Source: Longimicrobiales bacterium | Lineage (GTDB): Bacteria > Gemmatimonadota > Gemmatimonadetes > Longimicrobiales > Gaopeijiaceae | DNA: 64,000 nt | Assembly: GCA_965202985.1 (NCBI GenBank) | Contig: CBDBCF010000001.1 | Location: 2,688,001-2,752,000 of the forward strand | Reading direction: 5' to 3' | Shown here: positions 29,691 through 39,300 of the stretch, in pieces | Layout: the number at the start of each line of letters is the position of its first letter | Numbering within the stretch: the stretch's first letter is position 1 | The notes under the pieces: generated by a model | Seen by the model: only the letters and a program-made list of their open reading frames with translations | Database searches by the model: none | What the model was told of the DNA's origin: nothing | Program-made: the position numbers and the translations under genes

Positions 29691-31072
29691 GCGTCCGGCG
29701 CGACTTTCGCGCGCCCGCGGCCCGATGGTCCCTGTCCGAAGCGATTCCCGCGCTGCTGTTCAGGGCCTTCTTATTGCTGGTGTTGCTGAATTTGAACGGC
29801 CTCTGGTACTTGCTGTTCTTCGAAGAGGGCCAGACCTACCAGCGCCGAATCCCGTGGATGCTGACCGGCCTGTGCGCGCTCGCGCTCGCCCTGACGGTAC
29901 GGGCACCGATTCACAAGAGCCTCGGGTTGCCCGGCTTCTTGTTTCTCGGCACCCTTATTTCCTACTTGGGCATCAGCACCCCGCCGTACATCTGGAACAT
30001 GGCGGCGGATCAGGTACCCATCACCCTGCTCCTGCAATACGTCATATACTTCGTCGTTGTGGTGGTCACGGCCGCTGCTACGACGGCCATTATACCGCGT
30101 GTTGGAGTCGTAAGGTTTCTGCGGTGGATTCTCGTCGTCCTGACGCTAGGCTGCGTAAGCATCCTTGCGACGCCATGGCTGACCGGCGAAAACGTGCTCG
30201 TGGCATTCGGCACACGCATGTACGGGGTATACATGCAGCCCAACGAAGCCGGCCTCTTTGCCAACATGACCATGTGGCTGGCCATCGCCTTGATCTTGTG
30301 CAAACGAAACAGAATTCTGGCCATCACCGCCATGGTGGTCGCCGGGGCGGCCATACTCCTCTCCGCATCGAGGTCGGCGGTCCTCACTGCACTCATCTTC
30401 ATGATCCTGTTCTTGGCATATTCGATCGTACTGCGCATCAAGATCATGACAACTGCGATTACATTGTCGGCCGTCGCGGCGTTGATCGCCGGACTCATGT
30501 GGCTGGTCCTTCGGTCCGAGCCGATCCTCGCCATGGCCCTGCCGATGCCGGAGAAGCTGACGTCTCTTTTCACGCTGATGTCCGGCGATGTCAGCCTCGT
30601 CACAACGGACGCTCGCTGGACCCTATTGTTGCAGGCACTGAACGAAATCGAAGCGGCTCCGTTGGTGGGCAACGGCTTCCGCCACCCCTTGCCGGATATT
30701 CTCTATTGCTTCGGAGACGGTTCCCGTTGCAGTGCCCACAATCTCTACCTTACGTTGTGGGTAGAGGCCGGCTTCGTGCCGGTCGTGCTTTACCTGGGGT
30801 ACGTGCTTTCGATGCTGGGAACGTCCCTGGGACTTCCTCAGCGCGTCGCCACCGTGACAGCCGTGGGCTGGACCGTCGCACGGGCCGTCCAGGATCTGTT
30901 CAGCGACAACGGCTACGAAATACTGTGGCTGGGCTGCTTTTCGGGGCTGGCGTTCGGATTGCTCATGCACGAGGTCCACAGGTATCGAGATCGCAACGGC
31001 TCCGAACATCCGGGTGATTCTTATGGCGGCGACCCATCCGCGTCTCCCGGCAGCGCGCGATCCGTCCCGTGA
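29687..31072 (+). CDS. O-antigen ligase / Wzy_C family membrane protein
   Basis: About 12 hydrophobic segments; RMYGVYMQPN, LLSASRS, APLVGNG, SAHNLYL; visibly lower GC than its neighbours. Confidence 0.82.
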   Translation: MSVRRDFRAPAARWSLSEAIPALLFRAFLLLVLLNLNGLWYLLFFEEGQTYQRRIPWMLTGLCALALALTVRAPIHKSLGLPGFLFLGTLISYLGISTPPYIWNMAADQVPITLLLQYVIYFVVVVVTAAATTAIIPRVGVVRFLRWILVVLTLGCVSILATPWLTGENVLVAFGTRMYGVYMQPNEAGLFANMTMWLAIALILCKRNRILAITAMVVAGAAILLSASRSAVLTALIFMILFLAYSIVLRIKIMTTAITLSAVAALIAGLMWLVLRSEPILAMALPMPEKLTSLFTLMSGDVSLVTTDARWTLLLQALNEIEAAPLVGNGFRHPLPDILYCFGDGSRCSAHNLYLTLWVEAGFVPVVLYLGYVLSMLGTSLGLPQRVATVTAVGWTVARAVQDLFSDNGYEILWLGCFSGLAFGLLMHEVHRYRDRNGSEHPGDSYGGDPSASPGSARSVP

Positions 31073-31317
31073 TGCGGCGTTTGCTGGTGTGGTTGGGGCT
31101 CGGAGCGGTCGTTGCGCTGGCGGCGGTCTTTGCCGCCAACAACGCGGGGAGCCGCGTGGTCGTGGACTTGGGCATCGTGACGTTCGACCGAGTTCCGGTG
31201 GCCTTCGTGGCCTTCGGAGGGATGGTGGTCGGCATGGCCGTGGTCTTGGCGGCCGGACTCAACGCCGACCTGAAAGTGCGTCGTCTGCTCCGCCAACGCG
31301 GCGAAGACCGGCGCTGA
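31069..31317 (+). CDS. LapA (DUF1049)-like small membrane protein
   Basis: Two hydrophobic segments, FAANN..V.VDLG, basic C-terminus. Confidence 0.7.
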   Translation: MMRRLLVWLGLGAVVALAAVFAANNAGSRVVVDLGIVTFDRVPVAFVAFGGMVVGMAVVLAAGLNADLKVRRLLRQRGEDRR

Positions 31318-31361
31318 AGGAGGAACTGCCTTAACTTAACTGGAAGGAGGAACTGTCTTAA
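31316..31361 (+). repeat. 19-bp direct repeat upstream of comEC
   Basis: GAAGGAGGAACTGCCTTAA (31316-31334) and GAAGGAGGAACTGTCTTAA (31343-31361), one mismatch, 27-bp period. Confidence 0.8.
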
Positions 31362-31364
31362 GGA

Positions 31365-33692
31365 GTGAGGGACGCGCCCCCGGTCCTCTGGGTCGCCGTG
31401 GGGTTCGCCGCCGGTGCGGCCGCCGCCACGGCCACGGGGTTTGGCCCGTCCGTCCTTCCTATTCTGGCCGTCACGAGTCTCTTCCTGCTATTGCGCCGCC
31501 GTCGATCTCGTGTACTGGCCCTGACGGCATGCTTTGCGGCAGGCCTGGCCTGGGCCGACGCCGATCGTCGGTCGCGGGAACGTTGCTTGGCACAAGTCCA
31601 AGACGGCGACCGGAGCGCGGTCCATGGCTACTTCGTTCGCTCCAGCGCGACGGGGGCGTGCCAGTTTCGCGTGCATTCCGGTCCCGGCGCCCGGTGCCGC
31701 GATCCGGTTCGGGTCTACTTGCGCGCGAATCTGTATTCCCGGGCAGGTCGCGCTCCCATGGTGTCGCCACCCGCCGAAGCCCGGTTCGCGATCGTGGAGG
31801 GGCGCTGGTACGTCACCCGTCGCCCCGACGGTTCGCGCGCGGTGTACTTGAGCGCCGCCAGCGTGCGCTTCGCCGGGGCGTTGGCGGCGACCGATTCCGT
31901 GCCCGCAACCCCGCCCGAGTCGACCGCCGTCGTGCCTTGGCATCACCGGTTGCGAAGCGCGGTGCGGTTGCGCGTTGCGCGAGCCCTGGACCGCACCCTG
32001 GGCACGCAAGCCGGCACGGCAAAGGCGCTGGTGCTGGCCGAGCGAGACGCCATTCCCCGCGAACTGTGGGACGACTTCGCCCGATCCGGGTGCGCTCACC
32101 TCCTGTCCATATCGGGGTTCCACGTCGGGGTCGTCGCGGCGCTGCTCAACGGCCTCTTGTCCCTGACGGGCCGATCTCCGCGAACCCGGGCGACCGTCAC
32201 GGCGGCGGGCGTCTGGGCCTACGTGCTGCTGATCGGCGCTCCCACTTCCGCCATGCGCGCCGCCTGGATGACCACGGCCTTCGTGGCCGGACGCCTCCGC
32301 TACGTGCCGGCCCGCACCCTGGGCGCACTGGGCCTTTCCATGTTCGTGAACTCCGTGCTCCGCCCACAGGTGGTGTCCGAGGCCGGCTTCCAGCTGACCG
32401 TGGCCGGAACCGCCGGCATCGTGATCCTGGCCAAGTGGCTCCTGGCCCACTGGCCTCGCCACCGGGGCCACAGATGGATCGCACCGCCGCTGGCGGCCGG
32501 CATCGGCGCGTCCGTCTTCACCGCGCCCGTGCTGGCGTGGCACTTCGGGCAGGTCCCGCTCCTGTCGCTGCCGTCGTCGATCCTCCTCACGCCGCTGGTG
32601 GCGGCGGCCGTGCCCGGCGTGCTCGCCTCCGTTGCCATGGATGTGCTGGGCGTTCCCGGCGCCCGCGTGCCGGGATCCGGGGCCGAGGCCCTCTTGTGCG
32701 CCGTCACCACCGCCGCGTCGGCGCTGGGAAACGTCGCGGGTGCCACGTGGAACGCATCTCCCCGCGAAGCCGGCCTGCTGGTTGCCGGCGCCCTGGCCGC
32801 CCTGGCCTTCGGGGGCGTGCAATGGCGAAATCGGCCCGCCGTGCGCGCAGCGGCGCCGGTGGCGGGTGCCTGCGCCGCCCTTTGGCTGGGACAGTCCGCC
32901 TTCGCGCTGGCCGGCAGGGGCCGGATCGAGATCGTGGCGATCGACGTGGGGCAGGGCGACGCCATCGGAGTACGCACGCCGAGCGGTCGCTGGCTGCTGG
33001 TGGACGCCGGCCCTCGCTCCGGCGGCGCCGACGCCGGCCTGACCCGCGTGATCCCCTACCTTCGCACCCGAGGCGTCCGCCGCCTGGAGGCCGTCGTCCT
33101 GACGCATCCCGACGAGGACCACGCCGGCGGCCTGTCTTCGGTCCTGGCCCACGTGCCCACCCGCGTCGTGCTGGGGCCGGGCTTCGCCGGCGGACAGCGC
33201 GGCCACATGGACGGCCTGGACGAAGCTCGCCGCGCCCAAGTCCCCTGGCGTCGCGTCCGGAAGGGCGACTCCTGGACTACCGACGGCGCAGTCTTCCAAG
33301 TGCTGAGTCCCGCGCCGCCGACCGCCGACGAACGGTCTCCCAACGACTGGTCGGTCGTCCTGCGGATCACCTACGGCGAGTTCGACGCCCTCCTCATGGG
33401 AGATGCCGACGACCGGATCGAGGCCGGGCTGCTGGACCAGGGCAAGGTCGAAGTCCTGAAGGTGGGGCACCACGGCAGCCGCACCTCCACGTCCGCGGAG
33501 TTCGTCGAGGCCGTTTCCCCCGACTACGCCCTGATCTCGGCCGGCGCTCGCAACCGCTACGGACACCCCCACCCCCAAGTGCTCGCCCGACTGGAGGACG
33601 CCGGCGCCCGAGTTCTTCGCACCGACCGCCAAGGCACCGTCTGGGTGACGGGCAAGAAGGACGGCACGGTCTCGGCGTCAGATACTCGCTGA
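31365..33692 (+). CDS. comEC: DNA internalization competence protein ComEC/Rec2
   Basis: AHLLSISGFHVG, SAMRA, GFQL, DVGQGDA, LTHPDEDHAGG, LKVGHHGSRTS, NRYGHPH, RTD..G. Confidence 0.95.
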   Translation: MRDAPPVLWVAVGFAAGAAAATATGFGPSVLPILAVTSLFLLLRRRRSRVLALTACFAAGLAWADADRRSRERCLAQVQDGDRSAVHGYFVRSSATGACQFRVHSGPGARCRDPVRVYLRANLYSRAGRAPMVSPPAEARFAIVEGRWYVTRRPDGSRAVYLSAASVRFAGALAATDSVPATPPESTAVVPWHHRLRSAVRLRVARALDRTLGTQAGTAKALVLAERDAIPRELWDDFARSGCAHLLSISGFHVGVVAALLNGLLSLTGRSPRTRATVTAAGVWAYVLLIGAPTSAMRAAWMTTAFVAGRLRYVPARTLGALGLSMFVNSVLRPQVVSEAGFQLTVAGTAGIVILAKWLLAHWPRHRGHRWIAPPLAAGIGASVFTAPVLAWHFGQVPLLSLPSSILLTPLVAAAVPGVLASVAMDVLGVPGARVPGSGAEALLCAVTTAASALGNVAGATWNASPREAGLLVAGALAALAFGGVQWRNRPAVRAAAPVAGACAALWLGQSAFALAGRGRIEIVAIDVGQGDAIGVRTPSGRWLLVDAGPRSGGADAGLTRVIPYLRTRGVRRLEAVVLTHPDEDHAGGLSSVLAHVPTRVVLGPGFAGGQRGHMDGLDEARRAQVPWRRVRKGDSWTTDGAVFQVLSPAPPTADERSPNDWSVVLRITYGEFDALLMGDADDRIEAGLLDQGKVEVLKVGHHGSRTSTSAEFVEAVSPDYALISAGARNRYGHPHPQVLARLEDAGARVLRTDRQGTVWVTGKKDGTVSASDTR

Positions 33693-33857
33693 CGGTGCTG
33701 GAGGGTCGCTTGAATTCGTTGCGCAACAAGGGCTTGGCGCGGCTCGGAAAAGTCGGTCCCAACCAGCTATCCAAACGCCCCGTTTTCGGCCCCATCGTTC
33801 GGGTATCCGCCCCGAGAGGCGGCACGAGCCCACGCGCCACGAAAGGCCGCTCGCCCA

Positions 33858-35027
33858 ATGGACCGATCCCCCAACGAACGCCGACCGCCCGACGCCCCCG
33901 ACTCGTCCCAGCCGCCCGACCACGCGGCCGATGTCCCGCACCCCCAGGACGACGCGCCCGACGAGCGCGAGCGCCGTCGCCACGACCAGACGTACAAGGC
34001 CCTCTTCGCCCACGGCGCGGCGATCGAATCCTTGATCCGCGACTTCCTTGCCGTCGAGTGGCACGAGCACCTCGACCTCGAGACTGCCACGCTCGTCGCC
34101 ACCGAGACGATCTCGAAAGGCCTCAAGCGCAGGCTGGCCGACTTCGCCCTCCGCGTCTGGTTCAAGGACAGCAAGGCCTCGGTCGTCTTCCTAGTCGAAT
34201 TCCAGGCGTCCCACGATCCCGACATGGCGCTTCGCACCTTGGACTACGCCGTCGGCATGGTCGAAGCGCTGCGGGCCAACCCGACGATGCTGGACCCCGG
34301 CGACGCCGTGCCCCTGCTCCTCTCCTGCGTCCTTCACACCGGCCCGAAGCGCTGGCCGGCGGAGACGAGCTTGGCCGCCTTGACGCGCACTCCGGCGCCG
34401 CCGCCGGCCGTGGCGCGCGCCGTAGGCGGCTTCGGCACCGCGCACCGCTGCGTCGTGCTGGACTTGCAACTGGCGTCGGCGGAGGGCTTGTTGCCGGCGG
34501 ACTCGTTGCTGGGGTGGCTGGGCGCTTTGGAGCGGACGCCGCTGGGGGCGGCCTTTCCGCGCGTGCACCCTTCGTTGGCGGCGCAGCGGGGCGGGGAGGA
34601 GCATCGTACGTTCCGGGAGGCGTTCGCGAGGTGGACGGACGAGCGGATGCGGTCGGCGGGCGTGCCGGCGGAGCGGAGGGAGGTTATCGTGGAAGGGATC
34701 ATTCAACCGGGGGAGGCGTTGGAGATGGGACAGACGTACTACGAGGAGTGGGTGGAAGGCCACGAGCGCAGGGGCATGGCGAAGGGCGTGAAGAAGGGCG
34801 TGAAGCGGGGCAAGGTCCGGGGTCGCCAGGAAGGCCGGGAGGAGATGGTGCTTCGTCTGGCGTCGCGGAAGTTCGGGGCGGAGACGGCGGAGCGTCTGGA
34901 GGGTCTGGTGGGGGCGATGGGTCCCGAGCAGCTGGTGCAGGTGTTCGACGCCGTGGTGGACTGCGAGACAGGAGACGAACTGCTGGCCGAGGCGGCCAAC
35001 GGCGCCTCCGCCGCCTGCCGCCACTAG
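33858..35027 (+). CDS. Rpn family recombination-promoting nuclease / putative transposase (PD-(D/E)XK-like)
   Basis: HDQTYKALF, LDLETA, LADF..VEFQAS.DPDMALR..DY, VLHTG..RW; C-terminal GxxxG repeats and LASRKFG. Confidence 0.88.
   Translation: MDRSPNERRPPDAPDSSQPPDHAADVPHPQDDAPDERERRRHDQTYKALFAHGAAIESLIRDFLAVEWHEHLDLETATLVATETISKGLKRRLADFALRVWFKDSKASVVFLVEFQASHDPDMALRTLDYAVGMVEALRANPTMLDPGDAVPLLLSCVLHTGPKRWPAETSLAALTRTPAPPPAVARAVGGFGTAHRCVVLDLQLASAEGLLPADSLLGWLGALERTPLGAAFPRVHPSLAAQRGGEEHRTFREAFARWTDERMRSAGVPAERREVIVEGIIQPGEALEMGQTYYEEWVEGHERRGMAKGVKKGVKRGKVRGRQEGREEMVLRLASRKFGAETAERLEGLVGAMGPEQLVQVFDAVVDCETGDELLAEAANGASAACRH
34725..35027 (+). CDS. Putative internally translated small Rpn C-terminal protein (Rpn-S-like)
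   Basis: In-frame ATG 34725 with GGAGG at 34712-34716 (8-nt spacer); MGQTYYEEWVEGHERRGMAKG... Confidence 0.6.
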   Translation: MGQTYYEEWVEGHERRGMAKGVKKGVKRGKVRGRQEGREEMVLRLASRKFGAETAERLEGLVGAMGPEQLVQVFDAVVDCETGDELLAEAANGASAACRH

Positions 35028-35053
35028 CTGGCCCCCTTCCCGCCGTGGCCCCA

Positions 35054-36121
35054 ATGCGCAGCAAGGTCGTCACCATCGACCGCCACATCATCGACCAGGA
35101 GCGGCGGCACCCCGGCGCGTCGGGCCGCTTCTCGGCGCTCCTGTACGACATTGCGCTGGCCGCCAAGATCATCTCGCGAGAGGTCAACCAGGCCGGCCTG
35201 GTCGACGTCCTGGGCAAGGCGGGCGGCACCAACGTCCAGGGCGAGGAGATCCGCAAGCTGGACGCCTTCGCCCAAGAGGTGATCGTCAAGGCCATGGACC
35301 ACGCCGGCCACCTGTGCTGCATGGTCTCCGAAGAGTGCGAAGAGATCATCCCCATCCCGAGCAAGTTCGAGCAGGGCAACTACGTGCTCCTCTTCGACCC
35401 GCTGGACGGCTCGTCCAACATCGACGTGAACGTCTCCATCGGCACCATCTTCTCCGTCCACCACAAGGTCTCGCCGGGGCGCGGCGGAGGCGTCCTGGAG
35501 GACTGCCTGCAGCCGGGCGCCCGACAGCTGGCCGCCGGCTATGTCGTCTACGGCTCGTCCACGATGCTGGTCTACACCACGGGCCGGGAAGGCGGTGTCC
35601 ACGGCTTCACCCTCGATCCGTCGATCGGCGAGTTCCTGCTGAGCCACCCGGACGTGCGCATCCCCGACCCCCCGACCCGCATCTACTCGGTCAACGAGGC
35701 CTACTACCCCCGCTGGTCCCGCCCGCAGCAGCGCCTCGTGGACCACTTCCGCGACGCGGAAGGGGGCGGCCGGCGCGGGTACCGCTCCCGCTATATTGGT
35801 TCCCTGGTCTCGGACTTCCACCGCACCCTCCTGCAAGGCGGCCTCTTCATGTACCCCAGAGACACCCAGTCTCCCGGCGGCAAGCTCCGAATCCTCTACG
35901 AGGCGGCTCCCCTGGCGCTCGTGTGCGAGTCGGCCGGCGGCCGGGCCACCGACGGCCTCCGCGACATCCTGGAGATCGTTCCCACCGGACTTCACGACCG
36001 CACGCCCCTCTACCTGGGCTCCAAGAGCCTGGTGGACTTGGCCGAAACCTACCTGGACGACGCCGGCGCTCCGCCCAGCAGCCCGCCCGCGTCCACCAGC
36101 CCGCCGGGGTCCAAAAGCTGA
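35054..36121 (+). CDS. fbp: Class 1 fructose-1,6-bisphosphatase
   Basis: NVQGEEIRKLD, VSEE, FDPLDGSSNIDVNVSIGTIFS, SRYIGSLVSDFHR, GKLRILYE. Confidence 0.97.
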   Translation: MRSKVVTIDRHIIDQERRHPGASGRFSALLYDIALAAKIISREVNQAGLVDVLGKAGGTNVQGEEIRKLDAFAQEVIVKAMDHAGHLCCMVSEECEEIIPIPSKFEQGNYVLLFDPLDGSSNIDVNVSIGTIFSVHHKVSPGRGGGVLEDCLQPGARQLAAGYVVYGSSTMLVYTTGREGGVHGFTLDPSIGEFLLSHPDVRIPDPPTRIYSVNEAYYPRWSRPQQRLVDHFRDAEGGGRRGYRSRYIGSLVSDFHRTLLQGGLFMYPRDTQSPGGKLRILYEAAPLALVCESAGGRATDGLRDILEIVPTGLHDRTPLYLGSKSLVDLAETYLDDAGAPPSSPPASTSPPGSKS

Positions 36122-36208
36122 ACGCCGTGTGGTTTCCTAAACCTCCGACGCTCCCGGCCAGAGCCCTCAACTCCTTGCTGACAAAGAACTTGCGGCATCC
36201 GAAAATCG

Positions 36209-36224
36209 TGGCACCACTCTTGCT
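36209..36224 (+). promoter_or_regulatory. Sigma-54 (-24/-12) promoter
   Basis: TGGCAC-CACTC-TTGCT matches TGGCAC-N5-TTGCW exactly, ~170 bp upstream of the large lipoprotein start. Confidence 0.75.
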
Positions 36225-36394
36225 GTAAAGGAAACCGCTCGGGCAGCCGAGTCCACAACCAACCCTCGACAATCGTCCCGCAACGGAACAGCCGGCGCTG
36301 TCGCCGACCGCTCCCGGGGACGACCACATAGATTTTTCGGCCCGGCCCACTTCGGGGCAGGCGAAAAGCAACCCCATCAATCCCACACAAAGGA

Positions 36395-39300
36395 ATGATG
36401 AGAATGAGCAGACTCAAGCTGACAGCGATGGCGGCCTTGCTCGCCATCCCCCTCGCAGCGTGTAACGAGGGGACTCCTCCTCCGCCGGAGGGCACGATCG
36501 ACGGGCAGGTGTCGATCGAAGGCCAGGGCCTGGCGGGGGTCTCGGTGTCGTTGAGCGACGGCACCACGCAGACCACCGGAACGGACGGTCGGTTCGCGTT
36601 CACCGGGGTCGAAGGCGGCACGTACACCGTCTCGATCAGCGGATTCGCGGCCGACGCCACCTTCGCATCCACGAGCCAGACGGCGACGATCGCCAGTCAA
36701 GGCCAAACGGTGACCGTGAACTTCACGGGCACGTACGTCCGCACGGCGAGCATCCTCGGCTCCGTGACGGTTGAAGGCGACGGCCAGAGCGGCATCGCCG
36801 TGCGTCTGTCGGGCGTCTCGGACGCGTCGACGACCACCGACGCCAGCGGCCGATATGCGTTCACCGGACTTCGGGCCGGCGCGTACGAAGTTGCGATCTC
36901 CGGGTTCGACGCAGACGCCGTCGGATTCTCCAGCACGTCCAAGGGCGCGACCGTCGGCGTCGGCGAGTCGCAAGTCCTCAGCTTCGACGGCACCTACCTC
37001 CGCACGGCAGGGATCGTGGGTCGCGTGTCGGTCGAGGGCGACGGCCTTGCGGGCGTGACGGTCAGCCTGAGCGGCAGCGAGAGCCGGACGGCGACCACCG
37101 ACCAGGCCGGTCAGTACGCGTTCAACGAGCTGCGCGCCGGGACCTACCAGGTGGGCATCTCCGGGTTCGACGCGGACGACTACGAGTTCTCCAGCACGTC
37201 GCAGAGCGTGACGGTGACCCTGGGCCAGACGGCGAACGTCCCGTTCGACGGGACGCTGCTCCGGACCGCCGGAATCAGCGGTCGCGTGAGCGTAGAAGGA
37301 ATGGCGCTCGCCGACGTTACGGTGATGCTCACCGGCGCGGCCACCGACACGGCGACGACGAACGCGGACGGACAGTACGCGTTCACCGGCTTGGCTGCCG
37401 GCGCCTACATGGTCGCGATCTCCGGCTACGACATGGACGCCTACGCCTTCGCGGCGGCGTCGATGTCCGTAACGCTGGCCGACGACGAGTCCAACATCAC
37501 GAACTTCATGGGCACGCACACCCGTTCGGCGAACGTGTGGGGGTACCTGTACCTCGACGCCAACGAAGACGACGAATACGCCGGCTCGGACCTTGAAGAC
37601 CTACTGGCCTTGGCGGGCGTAAAGGTGACGCTGAACGGCCCCGGGGTCGGCGACGTTGACTCGACGACGACGGACGCGCGGGGCATGTACAAGTTCGACT
37701 CGCTGGCGACGGGGAGCTATCGAGTCGCCCTCTCGGCGCCCACCGATACGATGTTCACCAACATGGGCATCGCCTTCGGCGGCCTGCAGTCGGGGGTGGT
37801 GGTGAACGTGACGCCCGGTTCGGCGAACGCGGTGCACCTGCCGTTCGACATCACGCGTCAGACGATCAAGGTCCATGCGATGATGGGAGACGGCAAGGGC
37901 AAGACCGGCAAAGCCGTAAAGGATGTCGAAATCACTCTTTACCCCACGTACCAGACCGCGACCGCCCGTACAAACGCGCTGGGAACGGCGAAGACGGACT
38001 CGACTGGCGTAGCGACGTTCACTTTCCTTCGCGCCGCAGACGTGGGTCCGGCCGGCACGAAGGACTACTTGGTGTTCGCCAGCGCCGGCAAACTGCCGCA
38101 CAACAACCTTTCGGTGTCGGGCAACAGCATCCAGGAAGTGTCGTATGCGCGTAGGGATCGCGAGAAGACGGCGGCTAACCCCGTGACGCTGCTCAACCGA
38201 GAAGTAAGGTTCCAGTTTGCGGTGAGGAGTATCGGGACGGCAGTCGGGGGCAACGCACCAATCGAGGGATGGCAGCCGGAGGTCATGGTGCGCGGTGCGA
38301 GCATCACCGTGCCGAAAACGCTGAAGACGGGCGTCACGACCTTCCGTGACCTGGACAATCCGGCTAACCTTCCGGCCACGTACTACATCGGCGCGGGAGA
38401 CGCAACGCCGGCTGCGATTACGTCGGGCGAGCGTTACACGGCGGTGCCAGAGCCAACGGATGGGGTGATGCTGGACAGCACGAAGACGAAGTTCATGTAC
38501 GTCCACGACGGGCTGCAGCTTCCGGGCACCACACTCAACCTCGGCACGCTTCGGATCAAGTACACGACCCAGACCCTGCGGGTCGCGTTCCATATGGAAA
38601 GAGACCAGCAACGGGGCTACACGCAGAGCGCCATCGGCGGCGGCGACGTCAGGCCTAACGCGTCGGTAGCAGACCTGAGCGTCACACTGGAATACACCAA
38701 CAGTGAAGGCAACACCGTCCCGTATGAGTACCCCACAACTACGCCGCGCGGCATTAGCAGGGCCAATCCGCGAAGTCCTACTGTTGCGAGTAGGGGCTTC
38801 GTGACCTTCCAAAGGCTGCCTGCGAACGTGGAGTTCGAGTTGGACTTCAGTGTTAGCGGCGCCCTCGAGGGCTACGGTGACGACCAGATCGAGACGTACA
38901 TCTTGACGGAAGGCAGAAGCGCCGAGGCCCGGAATCGCAACAACAGGGGCTCGTATTCCTTTGGTGCCTTCGGTGACGAGAGCGGTAGTTCTTCCCAGGT
39001 CTGGCTTTGCCCCTTGGCTACTGAGGGCCTGAACAACAATATCGATGCTTGCTCGACCTATGCGTTCGGTCGCACCGACGGTTCGATCACGGGCCTCGTG
39101 CATACCCTGGCTGGCGATGAGCAGGATAGCATCACAGTCACGCTGACTCCTTCTAGTCGAAACATGGGGAGCAAGACCGTGAGGACGCGTGTCACGTCGC
39201 GGGGCACTGCTGCCGATGGCGCGTACACGTTCAGCGGTCTCGGAGGTGGTACGTACGATGTTACTGTGGCTAGCACCTCCAACTGGGCGTCCCGAACGCC

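Noticed and set aside
31316..31361. Possible mini-CRISPR
   Set aside because: Only two 19-bp copies with an 8-bp spacer, and no cas genes.
33858..35027. Rpn gene as an active IS element
   Set aside because: No terminal inverted repeats or target duplications seen; the family is not a demonstrated DDE transposase.
31529..36121. 1530-aa ORF apparently fusing upstream sequence to FBPase
   Set aside because: Only the part from ATG 35054 is FBPase; the rest is an off-frame read through comEC and rpn.
36480..37550. Possible DGR template/variable repeat pair in the lipoprotein
   Set aside because: The repeats are in-frame protein domain repeats with differences not confined to adenines, and no reverse transcriptase is in the window.
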